Assembly: GCF_001435585.1 (NCBI RefSeq)
Contig: NZ_AZEC01000007.1
Location: 4,122 to 68,121 of the forward strand
From: Schleiferilactobacillus perolens DSM 12744
GTDB lineage: Bacteria > Bacillota > Bacilli > Lactobacillales > Lactobacillaceae
DNA length: 64,000 bases
Direction of reading: 5' to 3'
In this document: one piece after another, positions 30,055-40,080 of the stretch
Numbering within the stretch: the first letter of the stretch is position 1
Layout of the letters: each line of letters opens with the position of its first letter
Program-made: the position numbers and the translations under genes
The notes under the pieces: generated by a model
What the model saw: only the letters and a program-made list of their open reading frames with translations
Databases searched by the model: none
Told to the model about the DNA's origin: nothing

Positions 30055-30121
30055 CATCTTATCCTCAATAATCTCGAATTGTAGTAGTAATGCTGGAACA
30101 CCGGTTTTGAATTACGACTAA

Positions 30122-30300
30122 ACCAGTGCCAATGCGGAGCAATCGGAGGTGTCAGGTGGCTCAGCTGTGGAAACCACACAGCGCGCGGTTTTTGCGCGCT
30201 GATGTGGTTAGGCGTCTTGAAGACCGCGCACTTTGCGGGCTTCAAGCGCCGTCACAGCGTTCCAGCCACCTGACACCGGAGATTGCGCAGCTTTGGCACG
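30122..30300 (+). repeat. Full copy of the 180-bp imperfect-palindrome intergenic repeat
   Basis: About 85% identical to 36827-36999. Arms GTGTCAGGTGG / CCACCTGACAC around a central GCGCGCGGTTTTTGCGCGC hairpin. Confidence 0.85.
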
Positions 30301-30466
30301 ACGGTCGGAGTCCAACGTGTGTTCCAGCCTTTTTGTACCTGAGTACTTTATCGGTATGACAATTTCGTCACATGACTAGCGTTCTCATGGTAGAACGGTA
30401 CAATAATCACTAGGGACAACACTTCTCCGCCCTTAGACCGATTTTGCTTTTTCCAAGCGATTTATC

Positions 30467-30985
30467 TTGCTTTCCTGGCTTACCATGGTAATATGTAAGC
30501 GTACCAAGGAATGCGAGGTGAGCGTCGTGAATGAAGCAGAATTACGGGCCAAACGGCGGGAAGCCATGGCTCGGTATCGGCAGCGCAATCCCAACCTGAA
30601 CCAATACGTTTCGTTGCGCTCCAGCGCGCGGTCATTTTTACGCAACAATGCCAACTATGACGACACGCTGGAATTGATTTTGTTAGCGTTGCAGCGGCAG
30701 TTCCAAATGGGTAATCAAATGGACTCCCAATTGGCCGGCCAATTCCAACAGTTTTGGCAAATTCTGCAACCCTATCAGGGACAACAATTGGATAACAACC
30801 TGATTGTGCGGTTGTCCGCCCAAGCCCAGAAGATATTTGATCAAGCGTTTATCTGGCGGCTGTTGCGGGGCAACTTGGAATTGGTGGGCGAGCACTTGGC
30901 CCTGACCTTAGCAGTTGATGACGGCGCCCTCACCGGTCAGGTTTTAACGTTCCGCTTAGACGGCGGTTTGGATGCGGAGGTGTAA
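30467..30985 (+). CDS. Hypothetical protein (start probably GTG/ATG near 30527)
   Basis: Q-rich soluble ORF. Immediately precedes two co-oriented genes. Confidence 0.5.
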   Translation: MLSWLTMVICKRTKECEVSVVNEAELRAKRREAMARYRQRNPNLNQYVSLRSSARSFLRNNANYDDTLELILLALQRQFQMGNQMDSQLAGQFQQFWQILQPYQGQQLDNNLIVRLSAQAQKIFDQAFIWRLLRGNLELVGEHLALTLAVDDGALTGQVLTFRLDGGLDAEV

Positions 30986-30991
30986 TCAATC

Positions 30992-31369
30992 ATGGAAGAG
31001 TCTATTCAACGAATTATCAACAAGATTCAATCAACGGAACAGAATCCGCTGTTCACCTTGTTTTCTTTACCGGACAACGAGAAGGCCGAATTGACCCAGT
31101 TGCCAGATGGATTGCAGCGGGCCATCCTCTTGTTGACGGCAGGCACCGTGTCTGGCAACAACAACGCCGCGCGGGACGACTTGATTGGTAAGAGCGTGCG
31201 CGTCGATGATCCCAAGGCCAAAACAATCTCGGTGTTTGGTTCATATTACCCGTTTGAGTTATTGGACCGTGATCCGGCAGGGGACTATGTGATTATTTCT
31301 GCCGAAGATAATGAGTTGTACCTGTTGTCCAAAAGTGGGTTGCAGGATACCTGGGATGCCGAGTTTTAA
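30992..31369 (+). CDS. Hypothetical protein (125 aa)
   Basis: 7-nt gap from the upstream ORF. No recognisable domain. Confidence 0.55.
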   Translation: MEESIQRIINKIQSTEQNPLFTLFSLPDNEKAELTQLPDGLQRAILLLTAGTVSGNNNAARDDLIGKSVRVDDPKAKTISVFGSYYPFELLDRDPAGDYVIISAEDNELYLLSKSGLQDTWDAEF

Positions 31370-31400
31370 CCCGGCTTAAGTTAGAAAAGAGGAATTCATT

Positions 31401-32600
31401 ATGGCTGGATATATCACCCTCGTCATTGTGGCGATCATTGTTTTACTGTTACTCTACTTCTTCTTCCACACATTCATTTCTGTGGAATCTGGGACCGAAG
31501 CATTGGTGACCCGGTTCGGGGAATACACCAAGACGCTGCAACCAGGATTGCATTTCTTAATCCCGATTGTGAACCGTGCGTATGTCGTTTCCATGCAGCT
31601 GCAACCATTGGATGTTGAAAAACAGCCGCTGATTACCAAGGATAACGCCACTGTTCAAGCGGCGGAAAAAATCAAGTACCATGTGACTGATTCGTACAAA
31701 TTCCAATTCGGAAACTCCGACTCAGTGGAATCCATGATTCAGGATGCCCAATCGGCATTACGTTCCATCATCGGGCAAATGGATTTGAACGCCGTATTAG
31801 GCGGGACTGAAACCATCAACCAACGGCTGTCTGAATCCTTAGCAGAAACCACTTCCGCTTACGGGTTGAAAGTGGATAACGTCGCCATCTTCGGTCTGCA
31901 ACCAGATCCCCAGATTCAGCAAGCCATGAACAAGCTGCTGACTGCCGATCGGGAAAAGCAAGCTGAAATCAGTAAATCTGAAGGTGAACGGACAGCCGCC
32001 GAGAACCGGGCCAGTGGGCAAGCCTTTGCCATTAAGACAGAAGCCGAAGCCAACGCTTATTCTACGAAGATGTCCGCCGATGCCCAGGCCTATGCCACTG
32101 CCCGGGCTGCCGAAGCGCAAGCTGCAGCCAACACCCAAATCTTGGATGCTTATTCAGCAGCTAACTTGACCACTGAACAATACGTCCAATTGCAACAGAT
32201 TGCCGCCTTTGCTCGGTTGGCGAATAGCAGAGCCAATACAGTCGTGATGCCCACTGATAAGATGGACAGTGCTGTGAAAGCCGCGACTGCGACTAAGATC
32301 TTCAAGACCGATAACTCGGATACCACTGGAGCGACTTCGATCGTGAACGAGTTGGATCAAAAGATCAAAGCACCGCAAAGCTTGGAAGCACAAGAAGCCC
32401 GGGGCGATTTTAACCCGAATTTCGGTGATGCCACTGCGAATGTAGCGTCCACAGTCCATACGGATGATGCCGAAGCGGCTTCTGCCGCGCCAGTTGCACC
32501 CATGGGTGGGCAAAGCATTTCTCGCCCGAGTCAACCCACCGCGACACCAGGTACGCCAGAATATTACCGGCAATTGAATGCCAGTAAGCAGGGCCGTTAA
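31401..32600 (+). CDS. SPFH/band-7 (stomatin/flotillin-like) membrane protein with an Ala/Gln-rich C-terminal tail
   Basis: N-terminal TM helix. SPFH core TRFGEYTKTLQPGLHFLIPIV. RBS AAGAGGAA. Confidence 0.8.
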   Translation: MAGYITLVIVAIIVLLLLYFFFHTFISVESGTEALVTRFGEYTKTLQPGLHFLIPIVNRAYVVSMQLQPLDVEKQPLITKDNATVQAAEKIKYHVTDSYKFQFGNSDSVESMIQDAQSALRSIIGQMDLNAVLGGTETINQRLSESLAETTSAYGLKVDNVAIFGLQPDPQIQQAMNKLLTADREKQAEISKSEGERTAAENRASGQAFAIKTEAEANAYSTKMSADAQAYATARAAEAQAAANTQILDAYSAANLTTEQYVQLQQIAAFARLANSRANTVVMPTDKMDSAVKAATATKIFKTDNSDTTGATSIVNELDQKIKAPQSLEAQEARGDFNPNFGDATANVASTVHTDDAEAASAAPVAPMGGQSISRPSQPTATPGTPEYYRQLNASKQGR

Positions 32601-32621
32601 TTTAAAGTAAGCCACGAAAAT

Positions 32622-32656
32622 ACCCGTTCATCAATTGCTGATGGACGGGTATTTTT
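32622..32656. terminator. Bidirectional terminator between the SPFH gene and the NlpC/P60 gene
   Basis: ACCCGTTCATCA…TGATGGACGGGT flanked by A-runs and T-runs. Confidence 0.8.
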
Positions 32657-32667
32657 ATGACCTAATC

Positions 32668-33897
32668 TTAAAGTACACGCACCGCGAAGCTGGGCATGAA
32701 TCCTTGACTCATTGTCTGAATCTTAACGACATCGCCCGGCTCGGGTGCCGCAATGTATTGATTGTTACCGATATACAATGCATCGTGGTATGTAGCACCC
32801 TGTGGTCCCCAAAAAAGAATATCACCGGGTTGGAGCGCATTCAAAGATACTTGAGTACCAGAAGACTCTTGCGGTACAGTCCAACCACCAATATTAATAC
32901 CAGTGGCGTTGAGGTAAACATAGTACATGAGACCAGAACAATCGAACACATCGGGTCCCTTACCGCCCCATACATAGGGCTTACCCAATTGTTGCTGGGC
33001 TAAATTAATCACTGCGCTGACTTTCGCACTATTGGGCAAACTAGCACTGCCGCTGCCACTGTTGCCACCAGTTGAACTACCACCACTGGTGCCGACACTG
33101 GCAATGGCACTGGCCACCCATTCAGAAGGAGATACCCGATACCAGGTATAGCCTTCTGCTTGGCACGTTTCATAGTATTGGTAGGTCTCGCCAGCATTAA
33201 GTGTGCGCGAAATACCATAGCTGGTACCTGCGCCTTGCCGTAAGTTACCGGTGCTGCTGATTGTCACAACCCCTTGACTCGTGTTCAGGCTGTTGTCAGG
33301 CACACTGTTATTATTGCTGTTGTTAGAATTATTATTCGTGGCACCACCGGTATATACACTTGCACCAGCACTGGCTACCCATTCAGAAGGAGACACACGA
33401 TACCATGTATAACCGTCCGCTTGCCGAGTTTCGTAATACTTATAAGTATCACCAGCCGCCAGTCCACGGGAGACACCGTAATTCAAACCAGCACCAAGCC
33501 GCAAATTAGAAGCGTAATTAATCTGGACGACGCCCTGGCTGCTTGTACTGCTTGATTGACTACTATTATTATCAGTGCTGGCGGAACTTGTCCCTGTGCG
33601 ATCCACAACACCGGCACTGGCCACCCAGTCCGTGGTAGAAACTCGATACCAAGTGTAGCCGCCTGCTTGACGGGTCTCAAAATATTTATAAGTTTCCCCA
33701 GGTTGCAAATAACGACTGACGCCGTATTGTGTTCCCGGTCCTTGACGCAGGCAAGAAGTATATTGCACTTCCACCCAATTATTGGTGGCCGCGTGGACTT
33801 CTTGTGTGGAATGCTGCATAACAATTGCGCCACCGGCAAGCAACGCAGCAGTGGACATCATCGTAGTAAGCCCTTGACGCATATGATGTTTTTTCAA
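32668..33897 (-). CDS. NlpC/P60 peptidoglycan endopeptidase with 3 N-terminal SH3b repeats
   Basis: C-terminal GKPYVWGG…FDCSGL…H catalytic motifs. Signal peptide. Confidence 0.85.
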   Translation of the reverse strand: MKKHHMRQGLTTMMSTAALLAGGAIVMQHSTQEVHAATNNWVEVQYTSCLRQGPGTQYGVSRYLQPGETYKYFETRQAGGYTWYRVSTTDWVASAGVVDRTGTSSASTDNNSSQSSSTSSQGVVQINYASNLRLGAGLNYGVSRGLAAGDTYKYYETRQADGYTWYRVSPSEWVASAGASVYTGGATNNNSNNSNNNSVPDNSLNTSQGVVTISSTGNLRQGAGTSYGISRTLNAGETYQYYETCQAEGYTWYRVSPSEWVASAIASVGTSGGSSTGGNSGSGSASLPNSAKVSAVINLAQQQLGKPYVWGGKGPDVFDCSGLMYYVYLNATGINIGGWTVPQESSGTQVSLNALQPGDILFWGPQGATYHDALYIGNNQYIAAPEPGDVVKIQTMSQGFMPSFAVRVL

Positions 33898-34104
33898 GAC
33901 GTAAAACCCCCAATATCGATCTCAAAGAAGCGTAAACCTTAATAATTTCACTAACAAATTAAGTTTATCATAACTCGCCGGAAGCGTGCACAAACAAGCG
34001 TGCGTGGAGTAATGGTCGAGACCAATAAAACCCATATGGGAACAGGCTTTGACGTTATATGTTACATTTTTCAAGCCAACCGGAAATTATTTTTGTGACA
34101 CATA

Positions 34105-34141
34105 AAAAAGGCTCCAACGAGAGATGAGTCTCGCTGGAGTC
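34105..34141 (-). terminator. Terminator of the DUF308 gene
   Basis: GACTCCAGCGAGA…TCTCGTTGGAGCC followed by TTTTTT on the minus strand. Confidence 0.65.
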
Positions 34142-34160
34142 GTTGATTAAATTATTGAGA

Positions 34161-34700
34161 TCAACGGTCTTTGTAGTAACGACCGGCAAAGAAGTCCATG
34201 ATGACCATGGCAATCATTGTACCGCCGAAGAAGCGGAACAGCATCATCAGAGAACCAAACGGGTTGATTACCAACACGACACCCAAGAGGATCAATAATG
34301 CACCATAGACCACCATCGGCCACGGCGTCACGTTGACGTATTCCTTACGGGTGAAGCCATTAGCCACCCGAGAAATTCCCGTGAAGATCAGGATCAGACC
34401 GAGGATGAACGGCAGTGAGGCCAATAGCGGTTTTGCCATAAAGAGAACTAATAGGGCGGCGACCAGCATCCCAATCCCCAGGGTAATGGCTGGACGATTA
34501 TTCTGGACCGGGTTATCTTTGTTGGCCCGCAAGCCAGCAATCAAACTGATGGCACCTTGTACCGCGATGTAGGCGGCGACGATGTAAATCGCTCCAGTCA
34601 CGACAAGATTAGGCATCAATAGTAGGAATGCCCCCAGCGCCAAGGATACGATGGATTGCAACCAACTGTAACGGCGAATCGTTGTGTATAATTGTTGCAT
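34161..34700 (-). CDS. HdeD/DUF308-family membrane protein
   Basis: 179 aa, 6 TM helices, typical DUF308 repeats. Confidence 0.7.
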   Translation of the reverse strand: MQQLYTTIRRYSWLQSIVSLALGAFLLLMPNLVVTGAIYIVAAYIAVQGAISLIAGLRANKDNPVQNNRPAITLGIGMLVAALLVLFMAKPLLASLPFILGLILIFTGISRVANGFTRKEYVNVTPWPMVVYGALLILLGVVLVINPFGSLMMLFRFFGGTMIAMVIMDFFAGRYYKDR

Positions 34701-34844
34701 GGTGAAAAACTCCCTTCTGAGAGTACGTATTTAGAAAATGCTTGTTTTCAAAACTTGATTTCATTCTTAGTATACTTGCTCTGGACCCCGGCGACTACAC
34801 CGCCGGAGCAAAATCAGTCCAAAGCACGAAAGAAGGACAGGACT

Positions 34845-35588
34845 ATGGACTATCCAAACATCGTTTTAGCAAAATTCATCGACCGGCCGAATCGCTTTGT
34901 GGCGCAGGTAGTCTTAGACCAGCAGACCGTCACAGTCCATGTCAAAAATACCGGCCGCACCAATATTCTGGTGAACGGCCGGACAGTGGCACTCGCCCCG
35001 GCGACGAATCCCAAGCGGAAGACCCAGTACGATCTGGTGGCAGTCAAAACCGCCAAAGGGTGGATCAATATTGATTCCCAGGCACCTAATGCTGTCGTGG
35101 GGGACGGACTGCGCCAAAATGTGATTGCACTGCCCGGTATCCGCCAGATTACCCTAGTACGGCCGGAGACTGTCTATCAAGATGCCCGTTTCGATTTCTT
35201 TGGCACCGGTGATGGCCGCCAGCCGTTCTTCTTAGAAGTGAAAGGGGTCACCCTTTGGCATGACGATGTCGCGGCCTTTCCCGATGCGCCAACGATCCGC
35301 GGAGAAAAGCATGTCCGTGATCTGACCGATGCCGTGTACCATGGCTATTTTGGCTACCTGCTATTTTTGGTGCAGATTCCAGATATTCAGGTTGTCACGA
35401 TCAACCGAACCACCCAAGAATCCCTGGCGACAGCAATTCATACCGCTCAAGCCGCCGGGGTTCACGTGCTCGCTTATGGTACCCACGTCACCCCGGGACG
35501 AATGACTCTGGGCCAACCAATTCCCTTTGATTTGCGCCAACCCTTTGACTTGGCCCAAGCACTGAAAGAAGCGGCTAATCAGAAGTAG
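34845..35588 (+). CDS. sfsA: Sugar fermentation stimulation protein A (SfsA-family nuclease)
   Basis: IDRPNRFVAQV…HVKNTGR…PKRKTQYDL motifs. RBS GAAGGACAGGA. Confidence 0.8.
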   Translation: MDYPNIVLAKFIDRPNRFVAQVVLDQQTVTVHVKNTGRTNILVNGRTVALAPATNPKRKTQYDLVAVKTAKGWINIDSQAPNAVVGDGLRQNVIALPGIRQITLVRPETVYQDARFDFFGTGDGRQPFFLEVKGVTLWHDDVAAFPDAPTIRGEKHVRDLTDAVYHGYFGYLLFLVQIPDIQVVTINRTTQESLATAIHTAQAAGVHVLAYGTHVTPGRMTLGQPIPFDLRQPFDLAQALKEAANQK

Positions 35589-36763
35589 TCGTTGAGCATT
35601 GGCGCGTCATGTTGGCACAAAGCGTCCAGTCGAGCCACTGCGGCGGCGTTACCCGTGGCTTGGCCGACAAATACGATGTGGGATAAACTTTGGGTCCCAA
35701 ACATCGCCTTTACCAACTGTTGAATGCTGATGTGAATATCCGCCTGCTCAGCCAATTCAGTACCGATTTTTTGAACGGCAATGCGACCATGGGCCATGCC
35801 GAGAGACCAGGTCCCCTGATTCTCCGGTAAGACTGGATCAGTGACGGCCAGTGTCACCGGTGCCAGCGTGTCGCCGGTGTATGGATAGCGGGTGAAGAAA
35901 TCGGCCAAGTCCACAATTCGGGCCATCATGTAAGGCGTGACGGTGGCCGTGACACTATCCGGATTCGGGAACCAATCCGCTTGGTAACGGGAATTTTGAT
36001 CCTCAAACACTAACTTTGCAAACGAGTTGCCGTTCCGCAAAATGAAGCCCATCAAGTGTTCCCACGCACCCCCGGTGGCGGCGTACCATTCCTCTACGGT
36101 CATAGCTTGACTGTCCCGGGTGTAAATAATGTACCCTTGGACCTGGTGCTGATCATCGGTATACACTGCTGCATCCCGCCGCGTTTGCAGTACCAGGTGA
36201 TCCCACCACCAGTCTTCCCGCACGACTCCGCCGGTGAAGCTGGCTGTACGGGTTTGATAAAACGGCTTGATCAATGGCAAGGCTTCTGCCAAAGAGAGAC
36301 GCTGGACGGTCCCGGTTTGGTGCTGCGGATGAAAGAGCGGCACCTGGCGTCCCGGCAGCGTGTACCGCATCCGGTCGAAGACTTGTTCGTAGCCAAAGCG
36401 CCGGTAATATTCATAGGAAAAAGGGGCTAAGTAGGCCAACGTCACATGCTTCTCAAGCATTTCCTGTAAAGATGCTTTCAGCAAAGTGCCCGCACCCCCA
36501 CGGCCAGAGAATTCCGGCGCCGACATGACATCGCCGATGCCATTCATTCTGAAGGGCACACCATGGAAATTCACATTGAAGGGCAGGGCGTACAACCCGC
36601 TGCCCAATTTGTTGCCGTTTTTGATTCCGTAAGCCCAGCCATTGTCATAACGCTCAAAGAAATAGTGTTGGCGATGAGCAGAATCTTCCCGGTTGAAGGC
36701 ATACAAATACAACTGATAAAACTGTTCCCGTTCCGCTGCAGTAGTTAACCGATAATTGGTCAT
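35579..36763 (-). CDS. GNAT acetyltransferase, Eis-like with SCP2 domain
   Basis: 394 aa. N-terminal GNAT fold and Eis-like tandem architecture. Confidence 0.7.
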   Translation of the reverse strand: MTNYRLTTAAEREQFYQLYLYAFNREDSAHRQHYFFERYDNGWAYGIKNGNKLGSGLYALPFNVNFHGVPFRMNGIGDVMSAPEFSGRGGAGTLLKASLQEMLEKHVTLAYLAPFSYEYYRRFGYEQVFDRMRYTLPGRQVPLFHPQHQTGTVQRLSLAEALPLIKPFYQTRTASFTGGVVREDWWWDHLVLQTRRDAAVYTDDQHQVQGYIIYTRDSQAMTVEEWYAATGGAWEHLMGFILRNGNSFAKLVFEDQNSRYQADWFPNPDSVTATVTPYMMARIVDLADFFTRYPYTGDTLAPVTLAVTDPVLPENQGTWSLGMAHGRIAVQKIGTELAEQADIHISIQQLVKAMFGTQSLSHIVFVGQATGNAAAVARLDALCQHDAPMLNDYF

Positions 36764-36826
36764 GAGTCTTTATCCTTCCATTTTGAAAAAATAAAGGACT
36801 GGCACAAAAGCCTGAATACCAATGCA

Positions 36827-36999
36827 ACCAGTGCCAATGCGGAGCAATCGGAGGCTGAATGGGCTCAGCTGTGGAAACCGCACCGCGCGCTTTTTGCGCG
36901 GATGCGGTTAGGCGTGTTTGAGACCGCGGTCTTTGCGGGCTCAAACCGCCGTCACAGCGTTCCAGCCCATTCAGCCGGAGATTGCGGAGCTTTGGCACG
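36827..36999 (+). repeat. Second full copy of the 180-bp palindromic repeat
   Basis: Same orientation as 30122-30300 and about 85% identical. Confidence 0.85.
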
Positions 37000-37062
37000 G
37001 CCATCGGCGATGGCTTTTATTCCAATCCTTTTGAGTTGTTAAAAATCAATTCGCAAATATTT

Positions 37063-37914
37063 TTACTTCAAGCCTGCATCCTGCGGCGTGATCTTCGTGC
37101 GGCCCGCCGCCCGGGCGACCTTGATGGCCTTCATAATATCCAGGTCGGACCACGGGGCCGGATCAACACCCTGATCCTTCAGATCCTGGCGGGCTTGTTT
37201 GATTTGGGCGGCGGTGATCTTTTGACCATCCACTTCCGTATCATCCTTGTCCACACTGTACTCGCCGCTGGAACTAGCACTAGATGAACTGCTGGCGCTG
37301 CTGCTTCCAGTCGAACCGTCATTTTGGCGTTGTGCCTGCACGGCGGAGACTTGTAAACGAAGCGCACCAGTGTAAATCACGGAATAGTAGCTGTCTTTGA
37401 TGTCACTTTGGTTCACCAATTGGTTCAAGAGCGTGACAGCCCCAGCATAATCTTTTTGATCATAGGCAGTTTGGGCCTTTTGCAGACTGTTGGAGTAAGT
37501 GTCATATGATGTGCGCGTCTTGTTGATCAAAGTCAGCAATTCATCGGCGGCACTATTTAAGCTGCTGTCGCCATCGGTGACCTTCGCCACACTGGCGGCA
37601 GACGATTTAGCCACGGCAAAATTATTCTTGCTCAGACTGTTTTGCGCCTCTACTAGCGCTTGAGTCTGTTTCACCAATGCGGTGGCTTTCTTGTCGCCTT
37701 TCTTCGTTAAGAGGGCACTTTGGAAATAACCCAGTGCCTGATCATAGTTTTTACTGCTGACCGCCGCCCGGCCAGCCCGGACAATGGCGGTATAGCTGGT
37801 ACTAGTTTGGGTGGTGCTTTGGGCCGCATCGGCACTATGGTCCTGTTGCGGCTGGCAGCCAGCTAACGCAAACAGGGCCAGTCCGGTGGCGATCCCGATT
37901 CCAAATTTCTTCAC
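37063..37914 (-). CDS. Lipoprotein, hypothetical, with Ser-rich linker
   Basis: Lipobox LALFALAGC at residues 12-20. Confidence 0.7.
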   Translation of the reverse strand: MKKFGIGIATGLALFALAGCQPQQDHSADAAQSTTQTSTSYTAIVRAGRAAVSSKNYDQALGYFQSALLTKKGDKKATALVKQTQALVEAQNSLSKNNFAVAKSSAASVAKVTDGDSSLNSAADELLTLINKTRTSYDTYSNSLQKAQTAYDQKDYAGAVTLLNQLVNQSDIKDSYYSVIYTGALRLQVSAVQAQRQNDGSTGSSSASSSSSASSSGEYSVDKDDTEVDGQKITAAQIKQARQDLKDQGVDPAPWSDLDIMKAIKVARAAGRTKITPQDAGLK

Positions 37915-38184
37915 GATTAAAGTTCCTCCTTGTGGGATGTCGAACCAGCCAAAATCGCGTCATACGCATATTTTTGTTGGCTCAGCCTCACGCTTCCTAG
38001 AGAAATTTTAGCATGAATTGGGCACGTTACCAACCTGCCGCGGTCATTCTGTGCAAAAAATCACTCACGGAAAGTCCCCACACATGGCCAATCTCTGCTA
38101 AAATTGAAGCATTCAGGCATTAATATCAACAGTGCAATAATTCGTCAACCCAATTGGGTGATTTTAACAAAAGGAGCCGACACT

Positions 38185-39117
38185 TTGACGACAATCAGTC
38201 TTGTTGTCCCCTGCTATAACGAGCAGGAGGCCTTACCCATTTTTTACGATACTGTCCAAAAGATCGTGACCGAGAAGTTAGCAGATTACCATATCGAGTA
38301 CATTTTTGTAAACGATGGTTCTTCAGATAACACCTTAACCGAAATGCGTCAGTTACAAACGAAGGATCCTGACCATGTCCATTACGTTTCCTTCTCCCGT
38401 AACTTTGGCAAGGAAGCGGCGCTTTATGCCGGCCTGCAAAATACCACCGGTGAGTATATTGCCGTGATGGATGTGGACTTGCAGGACCCGCCGGATTTAC
38501 TGCCGCAAATGCTCGCGGGTATTTTAGATGAAGGCTATGATGTGGTCGGCACGCGCCGGGTGACCCGGGCTGGTGAGCCGCCGATTCGGTCATTCTTTGC
38601 CCGCATGTTTTACCGGCTCATCAATAAGATCTCCAAAACCGAAGTGGTGGACGGTGCCCGGGATTATCGGCTGATGACGAAACAAGTCAAGGATGCCATT
38701 TTATCCGTCACTGAATACAACCGTTTCTCTAAGGGCATCTTTGGCTGGGTCGGTTTCAAGACCAAGTACATTCCTTATGAAAATGTGGAACGGGTGGCTG
38801 GCGAAACCCACTGGAGTTTCTGGAGTCTATTTAAGTATTCCTTGGATGGAATCGTGGCTTTCTCTGAAGTCCCGCTGGCGATTGCCTCGTTTGTCGGCAT
38901 GCTGTCCTTCATTGGGGCAATCATTGCGCTTCTGTTCATTATCATTCGGGCGGCCTTACACGGTGATCCGACACCCGGCTGGCCCAGCATGGTGTCCATT
39001 ATCTTAGCCATGGGCGGGTTGCAACTATTCTTCTTGGGCATTGTCGGTAAGTATATCGGTAATATTTATTTAGAGGTTAAAAACCGGCCGATCTATATCG
39101 TGAAGGAAAAGAAATAG
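38185..39117 (+). CDS. GtrB/CsbB-like bactoprenol-phosphate hexose synthase (GT2 with 2 C-terminal TM helices)
   Basis: LVVPCYNE…DGSSD…MDVDLQDPP motifs. TTG start after AAAGGAG. Confidence 0.8.
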   Translation: MTTISLVVPCYNEQEALPIFYDTVQKIVTEKLADYHIEYIFVNDGSSDNTLTEMRQLQTKDPDHVHYVSFSRNFGKEAALYAGLQNTTGEYIAVMDVDLQDPPDLLPQMLAGILDEGYDVVGTRRVTRAGEPPIRSFFARMFYRLINKISKTEVVDGARDYRLMTKQVKDAILSVTEYNRFSKGIFGWVGFKTKYIPYENVERVAGETHWSFWSLFKYSLDGIVAFSEVPLAIASFVGMLSFIGAIIALLFIIIRAALHGDPTPGWPSMVSIILAMGGLQLFFLGIVGKYIGNIYLEVKNRPIYIVKEKK

Positions 39118-39127
39118 GAGGCAGCAT

Positions 39128-40009
39128 ATGACAGCAAGAATTGGTTTCATTGGCACTGGCGTGATGGGTACCGGCATGATTCAAAATCTGTTAAAAGCAG
39201 GCAGCGATGTCACGGTGTATAACCGGACCAAAGCCCATGCCCAAACAGTTCTGGACGCTGGGGCAAAATGGGCAGACGATCCGGCGACACTGGCCGCCCA
39301 CAGCGATGTCCTCATTTCCATCGTGGGGTTCCCCAAGGATGTGGAACAAGTTTATTTTGCCGACAATGGCGTCTTTGCTGGCGCCCACGCTGGTTTGACC
39401 GTGATCGACATGACCACTGGTTCACCGGAGACTGCTGAGCAGATTGATGCTGAAGCCCGCTCTCGGGAAGGTATTGCTGCCCTTGATGCGCCTGTATCTG
39501 GTGGTGACATTGGCGCCAAGAAAGGTACTTTGACGATTATGGTCGGCGGGGATCAGGCCACATTTGACAAAATGCTGCCGATTTTCCAAATGATGGGTCA
39601 ATCCGTCAATCTCTTTGGTCCCGCAGGCAGTGGGCAGCACATGAAGATGGCCAACCAGATTATGATTGCCGGGACGATGATGGGCATGACTGAAATGCTG
39701 GTATACGCCAAGGCGGCTGGATTAGATCTGCACCAGGCCTTGGATACCATTGGCGGCGGGGCGGCGGCCAATTGGTCCCTCAGTAATTACGGCCCACGTA
39801 TCTTGAAGGGCGACTATACGCCGGGCTTTTTCGCCAAACATTTCTTGAAAGACCTGCGTATTGCTTTGAACGAAGCAGCGCGGATGCATCTGCAGCTGCC
39901 AGGTACGGCGGAAGCTGAACACCTATACGAAGTAATGGTGGACGAAGACGGTTTAGGCGATTTGGGTACCCAAGGATTAATTAAGTTATGGTGGCCGGAC
40001 AACAAGTAA
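39128..40009 (+). CDS. NAD(P)-dependent 3-hydroxyisobutyrate-dehydrogenase-family oxidoreductase
   Basis: IGFIGTGVMG Rossmann motif. 293 aa. Confidence 0.85.
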   Translation: MTARIGFIGTGVMGTGMIQNLLKAGSDVTVYNRTKAHAQTVLDAGAKWADDPATLAAHSDVLISIVGFPKDVEQVYFADNGVFAGAHAGLTVIDMTTGSPETAEQIDAEARSREGIAALDAPVSGGDIGAKKGTLTIMVGGDQATFDKMLPIFQMMGQSVNLFGPAGSGQHMKMANQIMIAGTMMGMTEMLVYAKAAGLDLHQALDTIGGGAAANWSLSNYGPRILKGDYTPGFFAKHFLKDLRIALNEAARMHLQLPGTAEAEHLYEVMVDEDGLGDLGTQGLIKLWWPDNK

Positions 40010-40033
40010 ACTTATTATTAACGAATAGCAAAG

Positions 40034-40062
40034 GGACCCGCATTTTGCGCGAGTCCTTTTTT
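40034..40062. terminator. Bidirectional terminator
   Basis: GGGACCCGC…GCGCGAGTCC followed by TTTTTTT. Confidence 0.6.
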
Positions 40063-40080
40063 CTATGCCTCAGTAATTGT

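Noticed and set aside
30122-30300. Possibility that the palindromic element is a tRNA, T-box or riboswitch
   Set aside because: No cloverleaf, no T-box specifier/antiterminator or known riboswitch core. It occurs downstream of genes and between convergent genes, not in 5' leaders.
33274-33942. Plus-strand ORFs (93 and 128 aa)
   Set aside because: Antisense to the NlpC/P60 plus SH3b gene. Repeat-driven open frames.
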